IMG/VR virus record: IMGVR_UViG_3300028490_000005
Span: 1 to 64,000 of that record
Length of the DNA stretch: 64,000 bases
Reading direction: 5' to 3' (one strand)
Source of the DNA: a virus
Shown here: positions 10,661 to 20,500 of the stretch, one piece after another
How positions within the stretch are numbered: position 1 is the first letter of the stretch
Layout: the number at the start of each line of letters is the position of its first letter
The notes under the pieces: generated by a model
What the model was told of the DNA's origin: nothing
The model's input: only the letters and a program-made list of their open reading frames with translations
The model's database searches: none
Made by a program: the position numbers and the translations under genes

Positions 10661-11576
10661 AATTTACATAGCTGGGCATAACGGCTTAGTTGGCTCTGCG
10701 ATTAAGTCTAAATTAATAAATAACGGGTATAATAATATTATAGTTCGTACACATAATGAATTAGATTTAATGAACGCAGAAAAAGTTAGGGAGTTCTTTA
10801 AAAAGGAAAGACCAGATTACGTGTTTCTTGCCGCAGCAAAAGTGGGTGGTATATTGGCCAATTCGGAATACCCCGTTGAGTTTTTGTACAATAACTTACA
10901 AATTCAAAATAACGTGATACATAGTAGTTGGGAATTTGGGGTTAAAAAGCTATTATTTCTTGGAAGCACGTGTATCTATCCAAGAATGTGCCCTCAACCT
11001 ATGAAGGAGAGTTATTTATTAACTTCTGAATTAGAACCAACCAATGAAGCATACGCTATAGCGAAGATCGCTGGTTTGAAACTGTGTGAAAGTTTTAATA
11101 AACAACATGGTACAAATTTCGTATCAGTCATGCCAACAAACTTATATGGGATAAATGATAATTTTGATTTAAAGTCTTCACATGTTTTACCAGCATTAAT
11201 GGTAAAGATTATTGACGCCAAAAAGAACAACACTGACGTTGAAATTTGGGGAGATGGAAGTCCAATTAGGGAATTCTTATTTGTAGATGATATGGCACAA
11301 GCTTGTGTGTTTATTATGGAAACGATAAACTCTGAAGATATGCCTCACTCTTTTGTAAATATTGGTTCTTCGGAAGTGGTATCTATTGCTGAATTAGCTG
11401 AAATAATTAAAGAGGTTGTTGGGTTTAAAGGTGACTTTATTTTTGGGAGTGACACGCTTAACGGTACGCCGATAAAAATGACAGATACATCAGTGCTTTC
11501 AGAACTCGGTTGGGAAAACTCAATGAAATTAAAAGACGGAATTGAATACATATATAAAAATAGGAGTTGGGAATGA
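10644..11576 (+). CDS. fcl: GDP-L-fucose synthase
   Basis: AGHNGLVGSA, AAAKVGGI, GSTCIYP, EPTNEAYAIAK, MPTNLYG, SHVLPAL, REFLFVDD. Confidence 0.96.
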   Translation: MKLESKIYIAGHNGLVGSAIKSKLINNGYNNIIVRTHNELDLMNAEKVREFFKKERPDYVFLAAAKVGGILANSEYPVEFLYNNLQIQNNVIHSSWEFGVKKLLFLGSTCIYPRMCPQPMKESYLLTSELEPTNEAYAIAKIAGLKLCESFNKQHGTNFVSVMPTNLYGINDNFDLKSSHVLPALMVKIIDAKKNNTDVEIWGDGSPIREFLFVDDMAQACVFIMETINSEDMPHSFVNIGSSEVVSIAELAEIIKEVVGFKGDFIFGSDTLNGTPIKMTDTSVLSELGWENSMKLKDGIEYIYKNRSWE

Positions 11577-12085
11577 GATTATACACATTTACACATTACA
11601 TGCTATCACCAATAGCAAAGGGAATACAATCAGGGCACGCAACGACGGAATTATTCGTAAAATACAATGATCCTAAAGAACAAGATACTTCAATCAAAGA
11701 AATTGAAAAAGGTTTAATGGTATTTGATTGGGCAAGAGATCACAAAACCCATATAGCATTAAATGGTGGTACATCACCAGATCTTCAGGAAATAGTAGAT
11801 ATATTAACAGAAATTTGTGATTACCCATGGGCTGATTTCAATGAAGATGAATCCCTCGGTGGTTTGAGAACTAGCATCGCGATGGTTATCCCTGAGAAAA
11901 TATACACCATTGCTGAATTAGTTAGAAATAAAATTCTAATTGATGTTGAATATGGTTATAGAGTTAATTCAGAAGATGATGTAGTTATTTACGACGCTAA
12001 ATTAACTCTGAATAGATTCATTATTTCAGATAAAGATAAAAAATTGATTGACTATATTAACAACTTTAGATTAATGGGAGTTTAA
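11567..12085 (+). CDS. Pth2-like peptidyl-tRNA hydrolase, phage type
   Basis: LSPIAKGIQSGHA, W..HKTHIALNG, FNEDESLGG..TSIA pattern of the PTH2 fold. Confidence 0.6.
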   Translation: MGMRLYTFTHYMLSPIAKGIQSGHATTELFVKYNDPKEQDTSIKEIEKGLMVFDWARDHKTHIALNGGTSPDLQEIVDILTEICDYPWADFNEDESLGGLRTSIAMVIPEKIYTIAELVRNKILIDVEYGYRVNSEDDVVIYDAKLTLNRFIISDKDKKLIDYINNFRLMGV

Positions 12086-13264
12086 ATGAAAACAAAAGAA
12101 GCAGACATACTTTATTGTGGTGTAGACAAAGAAAAGATTAAGAACGCAAATCCGATCTTAAATGAAGAAGTCCTTGGGTATCATCACTCTTACATGACTG
12201 AACGCCATAATATTTATAAGCGTAAAGAAATTGAAAAGTTACCACAAGACGAATGGACTGAAGATGAAGTGTTTAAAAATTATAGGTTCACAAATGTCAG
12301 AAGAGAACTTGACCGTGAGTCAGTGTGGTTAATAGCTCACATTTCAGAAAATCCAAATTTTACCCTTGAAGAAAAAATACTTTGGACTATGTTATTTAGA
12401 ACTTATAATAAATCATCAACTTTCATTAAGCTCGGTTTCCCATTTGATATTGATATTTTGAAATTCGATGATTCTGATAAAGAAAACCTTAGAAAAATCA
12501 TAGAAGACGAAATAGAAAGAGACCCTAAATATGTTTGGTTCACACCCGCATTCAACACTGGTGGTCTCAAGGCTACATGGGCAATGCCTGAAACAAAGGG
12601 TATGTACGAATGTACAAGTTCAAACATAGAAGTTGAAGTTGAGACTGATGACGGTATTGAAAAGATGACTTGGCGTGAAGCTAAAGATCTTCAAAAAGAA
12701 AATCCCAATTATAATATCAAAGGTGTAGAAAAGTCTATGCCTATGCGAATGATTCACTTAATAGACTATGTCAGGAAGACAGATATAGTAGAGCGTATCA
12801 TAAATGCAGAAACTCAAGAAAAGGCTTATGATATTATCAGAGAAATTGACGGGTTTTCCAACTTCTTAGGTTATCAGATATTTGTCGACTTCACTTATAT
12901 AAAAGAATACAAGTTCAGTGAAAACGAATTTACTATTTCCGGACCAGGATGCGACAGAGGACTTGATCTTATGTTTACGGATAAAGATGGAATGGATTCT
13001 TCAGAAGCATTGTTTTGGATTAGAGATAATATTGAAGCAGAGTGGAAGAAACGGGACTTGGAATTTGACGCAGAAGTGTTATTTGACCACCTCGAGCCTG
13101 AAGACCGTTGCATTAACGTGATGATGTTGGAAAATTCATATTGTGAAATCTCAAAATTTGTCAAGGCGAAACGTGGCACAGGAAGACCTCGTAACCGTTA
13201 CCACCCCACAATTGAAAGTGATGTAATTACACCAAATGAATGTTCAATCGACGAGTGGTTATAG
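12086..13264 (+). CDS. Alpha-glutamyl/putrescinyl thymine pyrophosphorylase, clade 1 (amino acid:DNA transferase)
   Basis: ERHNIY, WTEDEVFKNYRFTNVRRELDR, LFRTYN, FLGYQIFVD, GPGCDRGL, ENSYCEISK. Confidence 0.85.
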   Translation: MKTKEADILYCGVDKEKIKNANPILNEEVLGYHHSYMTERHNIYKRKEIEKLPQDEWTEDEVFKNYRFTNVRRELDRESVWLIAHISENPNFTLEEKILWTMLFRTYNKSSTFIKLGFPFDIDILKFDDSDKENLRKIIEDEIERDPKYVWFTPAFNTGGLKATWAMPETKGMYECTSSNIEVEVETDDGIEKMTWREAKDLQKENPNYNIKGVEKSMPMRMIHLIDYVRKTDIVERIINAETQEKAYDIIREIDGFSNFLGYQIFVDFTYIKEYKFSENEFTISGPGCDRGLDLMFTDKDGMDSSEALFWIRDNIEAEWKKRDLEFDAEVLFDHLEPEDRCINVMMLENSYCEISKFVKAKRGTGRPRNRYHPTIESDVITPNECSIDEWL

Positions 13265-13300
13265 TTCGAGGGGCGTTTTTGCGAACTAAGACGTTAAATA
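13263..13300 (+). promoter_or_regulatory. Hairpin followed by putative late promoter TTAAATA
   Basis: TAGTTCG...CGAACTA inverted repeat; TTAAATA at 13294-13300. Confidence 0.45.
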
Positions 13301-13313
13301 CTTTTAAGGAGTA

Positions 13314-14075
13314 TTGATGATCTTAGAAAAACTAAAAGAACTTGGTATAGAAAAACCACAACAATTATCAAGGTTCTTTCAAAAGCATTATAGAACTGGG
13401 AAGATGCCAAAGGGGCGTGAAGAATATTATGAAGAATTGTTGGAAGCTACTAAATGGCTTCCGATAAATTCCTCATATACACATCGTTGGTTTGTTCTTG
13501 AAAACGGGCTTAAGGACTATCCTGAGTGTTGTGAGTGTGGTGAACCGATTATTTGGAGACCACAAGCACCAGATGATATTGACCGTGATGTTTGTGGGAA
13601 GAAATGTTCAGCTATAAAAAGACAGCGTGAATATGTTGATGTTTATAAATTGGCTGCCCAGAAAGGTCATAAGTCCAAAGACCAAAAGGTTATTGGTAAA
13701 AAGATTTCAGAAGCTCGGTTATCATGGGATGATGAGTTTAAGAAAGAATTAACCAAACGTGTTTTGAAGACAAAATATGACAAAGGGATTTATAAAACTG
13801 GTAGATATAAAACAGATTGGCAACATTATAAGTCATTAGTCATTGCAATTACGAGAAAGGTAGATGTAACGCAATTTGAAAACTCTGAAAAAAGAGGGAA
13901 ATGTGGTATTGACGGAGCTTACCAATTAGACCATAAAATTAGCATAGATGAGGGGTTCAAACTTGGTTTGCTGCCATATATTGTTGGGAACTCTGAAAAT
14001 TTACAGATGATTCCTTGGTTAGAAAATTCAAGAAAAAAGGCAAAACCATATAAAGAATGGTTAGAAGGAGCTTAA
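13314..14075 (+). CDS. Putative HNH-type homing endonuclease
   Basis: Cys-rich N-terminal half (CCECG, CGKKC); C-terminal YQLDHKISI...NLQMIPWLEN. Confidence 0.7.
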   Translation: MMILEKLKELGIEKPQQLSRFFQKHYRTGKMPKGREEYYEELLEATKWLPINSSYTHRWFVLENGLKDYPECCECGEPIIWRPQAPDDIDRDVCGKKCSAIKRQREYVDVYKLAAQKGHKSKDQKVIGKKISEARLSWDDEFKKELTKRVLKTKYDKGIYKTGRYKTDWQHYKSLVIAITRKVDVTQFENSEKRGKCGIDGAYQLDHKISIDEGFKLGLLPYIVGNSENLQMIPWLENSRKKAKPYKEWLEGA

Positions 14076-14076
14076 A

Positions 14077-14205
14077 ATGTTAAAAGAAGTTTTAGATAAA
14101 ATAAAAGAAGAAAATATTAGTGATCTTGGTAAAAAGTCATCAAAAACCGTGGATGCGAATAAACCAGTTTTAGACAAAAAGGTTAAAGAAAATGCAGATA
14201 AGTAG
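14077..14205 (+). CDS. 42-aa protein with MLKEVLD leader (not in ORF track)
   Basis: AAGGAG RBS; MLKEVLDKIKEENISDLGKKSSKTVDANKPVLDKKVKENADK. Confidence 0.6.
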   Translation: MLKEVLDKIKEENISDLGKKSSKTVDANKPVLDKKVKENADK

Positions 14206-14276
14206 AGGTACGGGGCGTCCTAGAAATAGATATACCCCAACAGAAGTTCAAGTCTGTGACAATGAGTGTAGTATAG

Positions 14277-14693
14277 ATGAGTGGTTATAGATTAGCTGTC
14301 GTTGGCTCCAGATACTTCGATGATTTTGAATTATTTGTCAAGGTCATGGATCGTTTAAGGTTAGTTAAAGATATTAAGGCTATAATATCAGGTGGAGCAC
14401 GGGGTGCTGACGCCATGGCTGAACATTATGCCGAAGTGAATAAAATACCATTAACAGTATTTGAAGCTGAGTGGGGCAAGTACGGAAAAGGTGCTGGTTA
14501 CATTCGCAACAAAGATATATGGGATGCTTCTGACATGGGTATAGCCTTCTGGGACGGTGAATCTAAGGGAACTGAACATTCATTTGAAATTGCTAGAAAA
14601 CAAAATAAACAATTACTTATATTTAATTATAAAAAGAATAGATGGGTAAATGAAAAAGGAGAAGAAATTGAGCAAATTAGACAAAGTAATTGA
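14277..14693 (+). CDS. SLOG/YspA-like (DUF2493) protein
   Basis: VVGSR, ISGGARGAD, W.KYGKGAGYIRN, FWDGESKGT. Confidence 0.85.
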   Translation: MSGYRLAVVGSRYFDDFELFVKVMDRLRLVKDIKAIISGGARGADAMAEHYAEVNKIPLTVFEAEWGKYGKGAGYIRNKDIWDASDMGIAFWDGESKGTEHSFEIARKQNKQLLIFNYKKNRWVNEKGEEIEQIRQSN

Positions 14694-14916
14694 AACGATT
14701 ATCATTGTAAGAGATGGTAAGTTGGGTGAGGAAGTTCTTCGCAACCCATACCATAGTGCATTTTTCATGAGACAAATGGTTGAGTACGGGTTAGAAGGGT
14801 TTCACATCTCAGTGAAAAGTGGTATTTCAGATGATGAAAAATCAGAGATCATACAAGAAACGATAGATACTTGGGACAATGAACCCACAGAAATTACAGA
14901 CTTATAAGGAAAAATA

Positions 14917-15594
14917 ATGAAAACAGAAAACACAGAAAAGGCGTTTGAAATATTAACATCAGAACAATTTAATGAAATACTAGATGCACAAATGGAACTG
15001 AATGTAAAATATTCAGGAGAAAATTGGGCAAAAGATATTCCTGATTCACATATGCTCGCAGCAGCATTTGCGGAACTTGGAGAACTACTTGAATCTGGAC
15101 CAAGAGTTGGGGATTCAGACCTTAATGGTTGGAAATGGTGGAGAGAGAATTTAGACAATGATGATAATAATTTGAAAGTAGAAGCAGTGGACATTATTCA
15201 CTTCACTTTCTCTTCACTTGCTAAAAAATATAACGATATTGATTTATTGAAAAAGCATTACGCTGAATGTTCTAATGCATACAGAACTTCTCCAAATGCA
15301 CAAAGTGATGGTGAATCAACTGGTGTAGTTTATGATTTACTCCTTTCACTTAGTGTGTTCACTGTCACGTGTTTAATTGAAGACTCAGAAAAAGAGCAAC
15401 TTATGGATATGATGGTATTCCTTGTTAATGGTTTGTGTAGATTTTCAAACATGACAGCTGATGAAATGTTCGAGTTATATGGAAAGAAAAATAAACTAAA
15501 TCACAAAAGAGTTGAGGGTGGGTACAAAACTGGGGACTATGAAAAAGTAGATTCAGACGGAAATGAAGATAACGTAAAACTTTTTGAAGATTAA
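14917..15594 (+). CDS. dut: Dimeric all-alpha dUTPase (dUTPase_2)
   Basis: ELGELLE, WKWW, VEAVDIIHF, KNKLNHKR..GY..GDY.K...EDN. Confidence 0.85.
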   Translation: MKTENTEKAFEILTSEQFNEILDAQMELNVKYSGENWAKDIPDSHMLAAAFAELGELLESGPRVGDSDLNGWKWWRENLDNDDNNLKVEAVDIIHFTFSSLAKKYNDIDLLKKHYAECSNAYRTSPNAQSDGESTGVVYDLLLSLSVFTVTCLIEDSEKEQLMDMMVFLVNGLCRFSNMTADEMFELYGKKNKLNHKRVEGGYKTGDYEKVDSDGNEDNVKLFED

Positions 15595-15652
15595 GCTTGT
15601 TTTAAGTGAACTTACGGTATAATAGAGTATATTAAAATAAAGGTTCAAAATG
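15591..15652 (+). promoter_or_regulatory. Early promoter cassette
   Basis: TTAAGCTTGTTTTAAGTGAACTTACGGTATAAT (-10 at 15618-15623). Confidence 0.8.
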
Positions 15653-15913
15653 GCAAAGTTTTTAGATATAGATGAAGTATTTGTAGCAGAAGGTGATTTA
15701 AGATCAGTTGCGACTGAAGATGGGGAAGCATTCTATCCAGATTTACAGGTGGTTGCAATTGTAGACGATGAATATTTCGCTCACCCAAAAATTTATCCTG
15801 GAGGAGTTGGAGCTTTGGCTGACGCTGAAGACTTTGCGGAAGCTATTGATGACAGAGCTGAGATCAATGCATCCATTTGGGTTAGGGTAGATGAATTCGG
15901 AAGAAGAGCGTAA
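15650..15913 (+). CDS. Highly acidic small early protein
   Basis: Behind the promoter cassette; D/E-rich. Confidence 0.65.
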   Translation: MAKFLDIDEVFVAEGDLRSVATEDGEAFYPDLQVVAIVDDEYFAHPKIYPGGVGALADAEDFAEAIDDRAEINASIWVRVDEFGRRA

Positions 15914-16244
15914 TGAGTTGTTTCTTGTACGCGATCTTGGCAGTAGCAGTTTCATTTTACCTATTGGCAGTTTTTGCCTACTGGATAAGTGAAAATTAAG
16001 TTTAAAATAGTATAATAAAATAAAAAGGTGAAAGAATGAAAAAAGAATTAAATTGGGCATGGCAAACTCCGGAGTACAATTCCCCAACATGGGATAAAGT
16101 TGACTCGGTAATTGATAATGGTTTGGCTACAGCGTTTGACAATAAGGCTGGTAATGCATTAGTGAACATTGTTGATTTCGGTATTATGAAATTAGAACAA
16201 TTTGGTGCTAAATTGGAAAATTACTTCAAAAAAGAAAGTGCTGA

Positions 16245-16774
16245 TGTCTAAAAAGATAATTGCAATTGACGTTGACTTGACTGTCGTAGACTCAGTCACC
16301 CCTTGGAAAGAGTGGTACACTGGTCTCACTGGGCACGATTTAGGTGAAATTACATCTGAAAATAATGACCTCGAAACTATGATGAAAAATCACAATGACC
16401 CTCTTCAATTCTGGCGAAAGCCTGATTTATATGACACTATGCAACCAATACCTGATGCTGTGAAATATATAAAATTGATTAAAGACCTTGGGTTTGAAGT
16501 GATATTCGTATCGGCTTGTATGGCTGAACATGAACAATCTAAGAGGTATTTTCTTCAAAGACATTTCCCTTACGCTGACGGCTTCATTTCTACTGGAGAT
16601 AAATCATATGTAAGATGTGACTATTTTGTTGATGACTATAAAAAGTATTGTAGACAAATGGTTAATAACGCAACAGTGTTCCAAATAATTACCGAATTGA
16701 ATTCTCCTTGTGATGAATTCCCTTATGTTACTTGGAAGGAAATATACGAAGTTATCGTTTCGGAGAATGAGTAG
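16245..16774 (+). CDS. HAD-family 5'(3')-deoxyribonucleotidase
   Basis: IAIDVDLTVVD, IFVSA, YFVDD; start approximate. Confidence 0.8.
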
Positions 16775-17415
16775 TGTGTGGGGTCATTGGTGTTAATATG
16801 AAAGATGTGTCTAAAGAAGATTTAGACACAATCAAACGAGTATTTTTAGAAACTGAAATTAGAGGAAAACACGCAAGTGGTATTGCTTGGTATGACGGTG
16901 AAAAAATTACTTCTCAGAAAGCACCAGTACCCATATCACAATTCATGAAAACATTCGATTTATCTAAATGTTTATATGGAGATAACCAAATAACTCTGAT
17001 AGGGCACATTCGCTACAGTACCTCGGACATAAAGTATAATCAGCCCATAGGTAATGAAGCTGGAAGTTTTATTGTTCATAACGGAGTCGTGACACAATCT
17101 GATCCAGAACATTGGGAAGAACGCTATGGTTATTCTTGTCAGACAAAAAATGATTCAGAACTATTATACCATTGTTTAGAAGAAGGATTGGATATTGAAA
17201 CTAAATTCCCAATGGCTTCATATGCTCTACTTAGGCTTACTAGAGATGGTGAAATTGAATTTGAAAGGAATGGATTACGTCCAATGTGGGAAGCCACTTT
17301 AAGTAATGGTCACATTTTCTCAAGTACAAGAGATATTTTATTCAGATCTGGTGTATCAATTGATTCACTGAAAAGAGTACAAGCCAATAACGACAAACAA
17401 CACAGGACATTCTAA
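16774..17415 (+). CDS. Class II (Ntn) glutamine amidotransferase
   Basis: N-terminal MCG, RGKHASG, GHIRYST, HNG, NDSE. Confidence 0.88.
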   Translation: MCGVIGVNMKDVSKEDLDTIKRVFLETEIRGKHASGIAWYDGEKITSQKAPVPISQFMKTFDLSKCLYGDNQITLIGHIRYSTSDIKYNQPIGNEAGSFIVHNGVVTQSDPEHWEERYGYSCQTKNDSELLYHCLEEGLDIETKFPMASYALLRLTRDGEIEFERNGLRPMWEATLSNGHIFSSTRDILFRSGVSIDSLKRVQANNDKQHRTF

Positions 17416-18407
17416 TGGATAGAAAAGACTTATTTATCGATTATTTCATAAATTCAGATAATGTGAGTGACATCGACCCAAATATTTGGATGGCGAACTA
17501 TGTAGTCGATAGGATGGAACTCAACGATGAACAGATTATATGGTTTTGTTTCTTAAATTCAATTACTTACCAATTCCCAACTTCTTACCTTTTAATTAAC
17601 GAATACCCAGATTTAGAAAATGTTGATATAGACAGATTATCGAATTGGTGGTTAGATGTGCAATCTAGGTGCCCATTTCAAACGGATAAACTCAAACAGA
17701 GGAAATTCCTACCTGAATCGATAGAAAGTTACCAGAAATTGGTGGACGGTTCCCAGAAAGAATATTTTGATAATATTCTTAATAAATCACCACAAGAAAA
17801 TTTTAGACTATTGTGGGAAGAGGTCTATGTACCAATTAGACACTTTGGTAGATTTTCAGTATGGAATTTTGCACAGATGTTAAAGCAAGTGGCTGGATAT
17901 GATATAGAACCAGATACTTTATTTCTAGGTGAAAGTAATTCGGAAAGTCACACACATGGTTTGTGTTATGCATTTGGTAAAGATGAATGGGCAAAGAAAG
18001 AACGCTATAAAGATGAAAATGGAAAGAGAAAAAAGAAAACTCATAAATTCTCAACTGAAGATAAATTGTTTTTAGAAACTGAAGCAGCAGAAATGATGGT
18101 CACTCTTAAATCAAAGGGTGCCAATGTTGATGCTTTTAATATTGAAACTGTAGCGTGTGCATTCAAGAAATTGTTCAGGGAAAGTGATAGTAGGTATGTT
18201 GGTTACTATTTAGATAGACAAGCCGAAGATATTATCAAATTAGAAAAGTTAAAATGGGACGGAGTCGATTGGTCTATTTTATGGGATGCTAGGAAAGAAT
18301 TGTTGGATAATGATTTATTATACACTACAATTCAAAAAGAAAGATTCAAAGAAGAACCAGATTCTAAGAAGTTTTCGAGTAAAAATACAATGTTGGAGTG
18401 GTTTTGA
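17415..18407 (+). CDS. aGPT-PPlase clade 2 (amino acid:DNA transferase)
   Basis: DIDP, EQ..WFCFL...TY, FQTDK, FGRFSVWNF, IETVACAFKK, RYVGYYLDRQ. Confidence 0.8.
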   Translation: MDRKDLFIDYFINSDNVSDIDPNIWMANYVVDRMELNDEQIIWFCFLNSITYQFPTSYLLINEYPDLENVDIDRLSNWWLDVQSRCPFQTDKLKQRKFLPESIESYQKLVDGSQKEYFDNILNKSPQENFRLLWEEVYVPIRHFGRFSVWNFAQMLKQVAGYDIEPDTLFLGESNSESHTHGLCYAFGKDEWAKKERYKDENGKRKKKTHKFSTEDKLFLETEAAEMMVTLKSKGANVDAFNIETVACAFKKLFRESDSRYVGYYLDRQAEDIIKLEKLKWDGVDWSILWDARKELLDNDLLYTTIQKERFKEEPDSKKFSSKNTMLEWF

Positions 18408-20500
18408 TATTTAAAATAATTAATGAAAGTGATATATTGGGTGCAATGATCCCAAATGATTATAAAAAAGATAGTTTTGCTAGAACTGTAATTAGTAAGT
18501 GCAACACATATGATTTATGGGATAAAACCTATGGATATTATGTCGGTGATGAGTTGGTTGGAATTATGATAACTACATTTACAAAGAGAAATCCAATAAC
18601 TGCTAATTTACAAATTCTATTCACATATTATAGGTATAGAGGAAACGGTTATGCCAAAGCAATGGTTTTAGAAACTATCCGACAAGCACATGAATATGGT
18701 TGTGAATACTATAGGGTGTCATCAGAAGCTAGTGCAGTAGAATTCTATGAAAAAATTGGCTTTAAATTTTTCTGTAAACAAAAAAGTGGGACACAGTTAA
18801 GTATTTTTAAAGTTAATAATAGTATAATAGAGGATAAAGATTTTATCCGAGATGAAAATATGGATAAAATGTATTTCAGAAAAGGTAAAGGTGGTTGTGT
18901 GGAAATTTTAGGTGAATATAAAAAAGAGGATTTATCTTTCGGTACGGAATTGGAATTTTCGAATATACCGAAGAGTAAAGAGGTTCCCAAAGAGTTGGGA
19001 AAATGGGAATATTCTGAACTTGATGTTGTAAATACTAAGGGTGAATATGCATTTAAGTGTGCAGACCCTCGAGGTACAGAAGTTCCAGTCGGTGGGGAAA
19101 TTAATACAATTCCATCAAAAAACTTTGTTGATCAAGTTGATAAAATTATGAATATCATAAAATATTTTAAGGAAGATGATGTTGATGTTGGATTAACCGC
19201 ACACACTCATTTACACGTACATATAGATGGTATCGAAGATGATCCGGAAGCATTAGCAAGGTTAGTGAATTATATCTACGATAATCAGGAAACTACCTTG
19301 CGAGAATGTTATGCGTTCAATGAAGATATAATTCCAAAGGAAAAAAGGTTTTCAAAAATTAAAAGGTATCTGAAATTTGATGGTGGGAGACCTTTACCTG
19401 AATGGTTCAAGGATAACGCAGTTGATAATGTTGACACATTCGACGGCTTCTTAGACGCTATTGGTTGGGGGATTAAAAAAGAACCAATTAGATATCAACG
19501 GTATCACATTAATTTACATGCTTTGAAAAATTCAAAGACAATAGAATTCAGGTGTTTCAGGGGATCTTTGGACGAAACTGAGTATTTGGATATGTTTGCA
19601 TTTGTTCAGGAGTTTATCCTTAATGGGTTGAACGGTGGTGACTCTGTTCAGGAAATATTAAACAAACGAGACTATAAATTTCCTCGGATGCAATTTAACG
19701 AAGATCAGGCGATTGGTTGGCAAGATACGAAATATGATTCAAATAGATGTGGTAAGAAGAATAGAGAATATTGGCAAGCAGATAAAGCTTCTGAAAAAAT
19801 ATATGAAATGAAGAAAAAGGAGAAAATTATGGGAAATTTACATTTAATAAATTATATGGGTGCAAACGGTGTCGGGAAGTCTACTAGAACTTTTCATTTA
19901 GTGGATTACATGAAAAATACCATGGATTTTACTGAATTCAAATATGGCATTACACGTAAAGGTAATGATGAAAAGGAAGAAACTATCGGGTTGTTATTTG
20001 AAAATGGTTGGTTAGTTCTTGGTAAATTTTCTAAAGAGAATACTCAATGGGTTTCACTTGATTCAGCCATTTTAAGCAAGTGGGAACATCGTATTGCCTT
20101 CATAGAAGACATGTCCAAAAGGGGTGAAATTAAGGTAGTGTTCATGGAAGGGTATTTCAATAACAGAAGTCGCCAATCATCCCCTGAGAATTTAAAGGCT
20201 CACGGGGTTTCCAAAGTGGAAATTCTAACTTCATATTATAATGATATATCAGAATTTATTGACAGAACTAATGGTAGAACTGGAAAGAATAGAGGGATGG
20301 AATGGGCTGAACAATCTCCTGGATGGAATGATAATAAATTATTCGACAAACTATACAATGAATTTATAGAAGAGGTTAATGAGTCTGCTATAGTCGAAAG
20401 AATTGATATAAACTCACCCCGTGACACATTGGTCAATAGGTTTTTTGATAAGAGTTATGTCAAGAAAGAAGAAGTAAATGTAATGGATGAATGGTTGTAA
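18398..20500 (+). CDS. Fusion: GNAT acetyltransferase + amidoligase (COOH-NH2 ligase) + P-loop kinase (5hmdU DNA kinase-like)
   Basis: YRGNGYAK / AVEFYEKIGF; SFGTELEF, GGEIN, HTHLHVH, TIEFR; MGANGVGKST. True start may be TTG 18404. Confidence 0.8.
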   Translation: MVLIFKIINESDILGAMIPNDYKKDSFARTVISKCNTYDLWDKTYGYYVGDELVGIMITTFTKRNPITANLQILFTYYRYRGNGYAKAMVLETIRQAHEYGCEYYRVSSEASAVEFYEKIGFKFFCKQKSGTQLSIFKVNNSIIEDKDFIRDENMDKMYFRKGKGGCVEILGEYKKEDLSFGTELEFSNIPKSKEVPKELGKWEYSELDVVNTKGEYAFKCADPRGTEVPVGGEINTIPSKNFVDQVDKIMNIIKYFKEDDVDVGLTAHTHLHVHIDGIEDDPEALARLVNYIYDNQETTLRECYAFNEDIIPKEKRFSKIKRYLKFDGGRPLPEWFKDNAVDNVDTFDGFLDAIGWGIKKEPIRYQRYHINLHALKNSKTIEFRCFRGSLDETEYLDMFAFVQEFILNGLNGGDSVQEILNKRDYKFPRMQFNEDQAIGWQDTKYDSNRCGKKNREYWQADKASEKIYEMKKKEKIMGNLHLINYMGANGVGKSTRTFHLVDYMKNTMDFTEFKYGITRKGNDEKEETIGLLFENGWLVLGKFSKENTQWVSLDSAILSKWEHRIAFIEDMSKRGEIKVVFMEGYFNNRSRQSSPENLKAHGVSKVEILTSYYNDISEFIDRTNGRTGKNRGMEWAEQSPGWNDNKLFDKLYNEFIEEVNESAIVERIDINSPRDTLVNRFFDKSYVKKEEVNVMDEWL

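Noticed and set aside
14040-14075. KEWLEGA end of the HNH protein as another clamp motif
   Set aside because: Not terminal, and lacks the preceding hydrophobic-acidic residues
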